A DNA stretch of 10,140 bases from a bacterium (lineage in GTDB: Bacteria > SAR324 > NAC60-12), in contig CBDDTI010000297.1 in the NCBI GenBank assembly GCA_965233585.1, positions 1 to 10,140 of the forward strand, in the 5' to 3' direction. Made by a program: the position numbers and the translations under genes. The notes under the pieces were generated by a model. It had not been told where the DNA came from, searched no databases, and saw nothing but the letters and a program-made list of their open reading frames with translations. Below are positions 7,042 through 10,140 of this stretch, piece after piece; the stretch's first letter is position 1; every line of letters starts with the position of its first letter.

Positions 7042-7734
7042 TTAATATTGATATAACCGCAGTGTACTTGAAAAATTCGCGCATATCAGTCGTTACTTCT
7101 TTCAGAGCTTCATGAACTGCTACATGTAAATTTTCTCGCAGAAGTTCCCGGAATTCAAATCGCTTCATTATAGAAAACAAAACACCCGCGATTTCGGTCG
7201 GTCTGGCGTGTTATTGACAGATCGGATCGAAATCCATCAATTACAGCCACTAAGTGTGACCTTCTAACCTTCTCTACGTCATGCTATCGGGCTGTAATTG
7301 GTGGATTTCGATCCGATCTGTCACACACGCAAGACTGAAGGAAATTTTGGAAACGTTTCCGCAAGTAGTCGCGCATCAACGAAAACGGTGGTAGTTTATT
7401 GAAAACATATTCGGCTGGATTCATTTCTGTGGAATACGTTGGTAAATACACAAATTAACAGCCGATATCATCCAGCCATTCACCCGTGGCCAAAGACGCT
7501 CGAGAAGTTACAAAAATCATATAAAATCGAGATCATCCTGTTGGAGATGTTTTTATCCGGCGGCGTGGATTTCATAAAGCGTGCTACCAGTTTCGAAAAA
7601 TTGTTTCCAAATTCTTTAAACTGCACTGTATGTTGTCCTTTTTTCAACTCAATTTTGGAAGAACTCCTAAGAAAATAACCAGTAACTAAGTCGCTTCCCT
7701 TTTACACAACATCGTGATTAATATTTCTTCTTAA
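7042..7734. mobile_element. Candidate TTAA-bounded non-autonomous insertion (Kolobok-like) nested in the 6164-7919 element
   Basis: TTAA at 7042-7045 and 7731-7734. The ends are weakly related (ttaa-tattgatataaccgcagtg versus reverse complement ttaa-gaagaaatattaatcacgatg) and there is an internal CCAAT-bearing palindrome. The termini are degenerate, so boundaries are inferred. Confidence 0.35.
7199..7337. repeat. Palindrome with 34-bp arms (1 mismatch), 41-bp loop and imperfect 13-bp outer extension
   Basis: tgacagatcggatcgaaatccatcaattacagcc (7215-7248) pairs with ggctgtaattggtggatttcgatccgatctgtca (7290-7323). cggtctggcgtgt (7199-7211) pairs with acacgcaagactg (7325-7337). Confidence 0.92.
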
Positions 7735-7737
7735 ATC

Positions 7738-7919
7738 TTCATTTAAGAATTGACCACGCTCATAAACTCTTCCCGCCCTGCTCATATTCCACTGTGGCGT
7801 AGCGTGGTAACGGTAACAGAATTCATCGAAGAAAGTGGGCGGGGCAGTAGAAGAAAGTGGGCGGGGCAGTGATGGGAAAATTCGGGCCCATTTCACAGTT
7901 CGGTGATTTTCGTAGTATT
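7738..7919 (-). repeat. Right 182-bp inverted repeat
   Basis: Reverse complement of 6164-6345. This explains the shared YYENHRTVKWARIF..GQFLNE peptide in ORFs 5971..6405(+) and 7702..7932(-). Confidence 0.96.
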
Positions 7920-8070
7920 GACAAGAAGCCATTGTGGAACCCTTTCTCCGGTAGTTGTTGTTCTCAGGTATTTAGTGAGCTAAATTGTACTAAATTTAAC
8001 TGGCCGCGATCGACGCAAGTACAGTTTCGTACACCACTAACAGCTGTTTACGCAGGAGTCAAGAATTCTT

Positions 8071-8169
8071 GGAATTCATCGATAAAAGTGGGTGGGGCAG
8101 TAGAAGAAAGTGGGCGGGGCAGTGATACGAAAATTCGGGCCATTTCACAGTTCGGTGATTTTCGTAGTA
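8071..8169 (-). repeat. Third, partial and more diverged copy of the terminal ~100 bp of the TIR
   Basis: ggaattcatcgataaaagtgggtggggcagtagaagaaagtgggcggggcagtgatacgaaaattcgggccatttcacagttcggtgattttcgtagta is a direct repeat of ~7818-7917 with a few substitutions and a 1-nt deletion. Confidence 0.93.
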
Positions 8170-9061
8170 AAACGGTTTTTGAGCAGGTGCAACATGTACC
8201 ACGGTGCCGCCGCAGATGGCACTTCTTTACGATGTATCCTCACAGCATGTTTAAATTGACTTTACAGTATCTTTTCGAACATTTGTACAGTTTTAACATG
8301 TTGTGATGAGGTGCGTAAATTTTCATTTTTACCAGTCACTTATTGTACGGGTTATGAGAAATCACGCTCCACTGATTTCAATTGAAACGTACATGTAACC
8401 CTCTTTTCACCTGTCAGTTTGTTCGAAAAGTGCAATTAAATTTGAAAAGGTCAAATTCCGCTCTGTCCAATAGTCATTCTAGAAACTTACTGAGATAATG
8501 TTTTGTCAGACTTTTTTATGTTATGGTCACACTCTTGGCATTGTCAGTTAGCTTAAATAGAGGTGCGTTGTAAAAATTCTTTAATTCTGTTTAACTCAGT
8601 CAAGCCTACAGTTAGATCTGTAACAGTTTTCAGCCCTCTTCGCTGTCACTGATTGTCGCCAAGTAAGAAGCCTTTTCCAGAATTGTCCCCGGAGCTCAAA
8701 ATCTTCGTATCACGGTGTGAGTACCAACATAAGTAACCTCTTTATCAGCCAGTTTCTAAGAATACTATTAAGAATTGACAGAAGGACACTGCCAAAAATC
8801 TATTTTGCATTTTTTTTGGCCAAAAATCAGTGTCTCCTTTTTACGATGTAACACAATTTTGAAACTTTTTCTTTGAACTATAAACTGAGCGCTTTTGTTA
8901 CGTCAACATTTTGTCTTGTTACGCAGCATTCCCTGGGACAGACCGCGTCAAAGTTTTGGTCGCGTATCTTTTCTTCCACTTTCTATGCGGGATGCCTGGA
9001 GGTAGAGGGCGTTAAGGTTTCAGTCGCGTATGTTTTATTTTTCTCAAATCGTAATGAATAA

Positions 9062-9306
9062 ATTGCGGTAGACTTCATTGTGAAGGGCAACCCAGATATC
9101 AAATTAGGATGGGAAATCTCACTAAGACATTTTTCTTCACCACTGCCCAAACCCGTCTTTCTTGTTTGGGTAATTTCTATGATCAAATTGATGGGGTGTT
9201 TATGGGCTCCTTGCTTGCTCCGTTATTAGCTAATCGTTTCATGGGTCACCATGAGAAACGCTGCCTACAGAATTATAATTCGGGTATTGGGTTTTACCAT
9301 AGACAC
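9062..9306 (+). pseudogene. Reverse transcriptase fragment of a Penelope-like retroelement
   Basis: IAVDFIVKGNPDIKL (from 9062), a frameshift near 9107, then LTKTFFFTTAQTRLSCLGNFYDQIDGVFMGSLLAPLLANRFMGHHEK..LQNYNSGIGFYHRH. This matches the Penelope RT motif FYxQxDGVAMGSPLAPVLANLFM and breaks off at the position of the catalytic YRRYVDD. Confidence 0.88.
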
Positions 9307-9421
9307 CATAGAGATTTTTTATAGTTTTGTACCTTTCAGCTACAAAGTAGGATTAGTTAACTGCATTAAAAGACGGATAAAGGAGGCGAGGAGGCGTAAA
9401 TTGTTTAATGTCGCTCTGAAA

Positions 9422-9477
9422 TTGATTTAAACTACAACTTTGAATGTAATTGGTTGATTTAAACTACAACTTTGAAT
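9422..9477 (+). repeat. Direct repeat with 32-bp period (24-bp identical core)
   Basis: ttgatttaaactacaactttgaat at 9422-9445 and 9454-9477. Probably part of a dispersed repeat spanning ~9410-9517. Confidence 0.85.
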
Positions 9478-9529
9478 ATGATAGGGTTATTGAACTGTCC
9501 GATAACAAACTATCCAAGAACTGAAAGGT

Positions 9530-9945
9530 ATTTTCATACAGGATAGCCCATCAGTACATCAACACTGTTACCGTGAAATGGGGTCATGTCAAAATTAACA
9601 AAAATACTAACAATAAATTAACTTATACTTAATAAAAACTGAATGTAATTTGAAAACGAGTTAAAGAAACCGTAAGAATCAATAAGCCTGATAGGTAAAG
9701 GTAAAGAATTAAAAAACTGAAGCCACTAAAAAGTAAATTAAGCTTCGAGCAAATTCGAGTTTCACTATGGGAAGATTTAGAATTGTCCCATTGTTTGAAA
9801 AAAATAAAATAAAGTAAATAAAATAATATCAAATAGTGCATAAAAGGACTATAAACCTTCTCTCGGAACACGCTTTCTTCTTAAAATAGTTTTCAATAAT
9901 GGAGGGCGAAGATCACGTCTATGATTTGGCACAACAGCCACGCCA
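9530..9945 (-). mobile_element. Decayed 3' end of a CR1/L2-group LINE (ORF2 C-terminus and 3' UTR stem-loop)
   Basis: Minus strand, shifting frames: DLRPP / IENYFKKKAC / KVYSPFMHYL / NLPIVKLEFARSLIYFLVASVF / FNSLPLPIRLIDS, resembling the LPxVKLExARxSFYFxGAxxFNxLPxxIR end of CR1/L2-type ORF2. A T-rich UTR and a gaccccat..cagt..actg-atgggctatcctg stem-loop follow at 9540-9590. The 5' boundary is uncertain. Confidence 0.65.
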
Positions 9946-10140
9946 CGCTTTGAATTGTTAGTCCTTGGCTTAGGTAGGAATATCTACTAACAGAATCTCT
10001 TTCTATTTTGCCTGATGGTGATTGCTTACACAAGGCATAAATTTGTGGCTTAAATAGTAGAGTGTTATCTTTACTCTCCAGAAAATCTCACTATGAATGT
10101 TGCAGTACACTTGTGGTTCTTGGCTATGTGCCTAGTGAGT

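Larger units (their letters stand above)
6164..8169. mobile_element. Non-autonomous TIR DNA transposon with TACTACGAAAATCACC termini and a duplicated right end (Academ-like, tentative)
   Basis: 182-bp TIRs at 6164-6345 and 7738-7919, plus a third partial right-end copy at 8071-8169. All three share the terminus TACTACG/CGTAGTA. AAA flanks 6166 and 8169 (possible 3-bp TSD); alternatively the terminal TA is itself the TSD. Confidence 0.65.

Noticed and set aside
5971..8306. ORFs 5971..6405, 7702..7932 and 7857..8306 as intact genes
   Set aside because: They are largely read through TIR copies and span element junctions, with no recognisable domain.
9950..10000. Second CR1/L2 ORF2 end on the minus strand (RDSVSR / FLPKPRTNNSKR)
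   Set aside because: Too short, and it may simply be the decayed upstream continuation of the 9530-9945 element. It cannot be resolved by eye.

Overview
AT-rich eukaryotic non-coding DNA with no intact gene, rRNA, tRNA or CRISPR array that I can support. A cnidarian (stony coral-like) origin is inferred from the repeat types, not proven. The window is a dense patchwork of transposon derivatives dominated by three fold-back units. (1) 203-881: two inverted arrays of a 15-bp unit (17 + 8 copies) around a protein-like fragment, IS3EU-like. (2) 1094-3444: ~520-bp terminal inverted repeats (TIRs) with GAG..CTC ends and a right-hand TTAA, Sola-like, containing a nested hairpin element. (3) 6164-7919/8169: 182-bp TIRs rich in GC boxes, a duplicated right terminus, a possible decayed RecQ-helicase start (Academ-like) and a TTAA-bounded insert with a 34-bp-arm palindrome. 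Around these lie pogo/Tigger-type MITE ends (one with an 87-bp tandem array) and fossils of three retroelement classes: an L1/Tx1-type zf-RVT 3' end, a Penelope-type RT and CR1/L2-type 3' ends. All alignments were done by eye, and family names come from recalled diagnostic features that need database confirmation.
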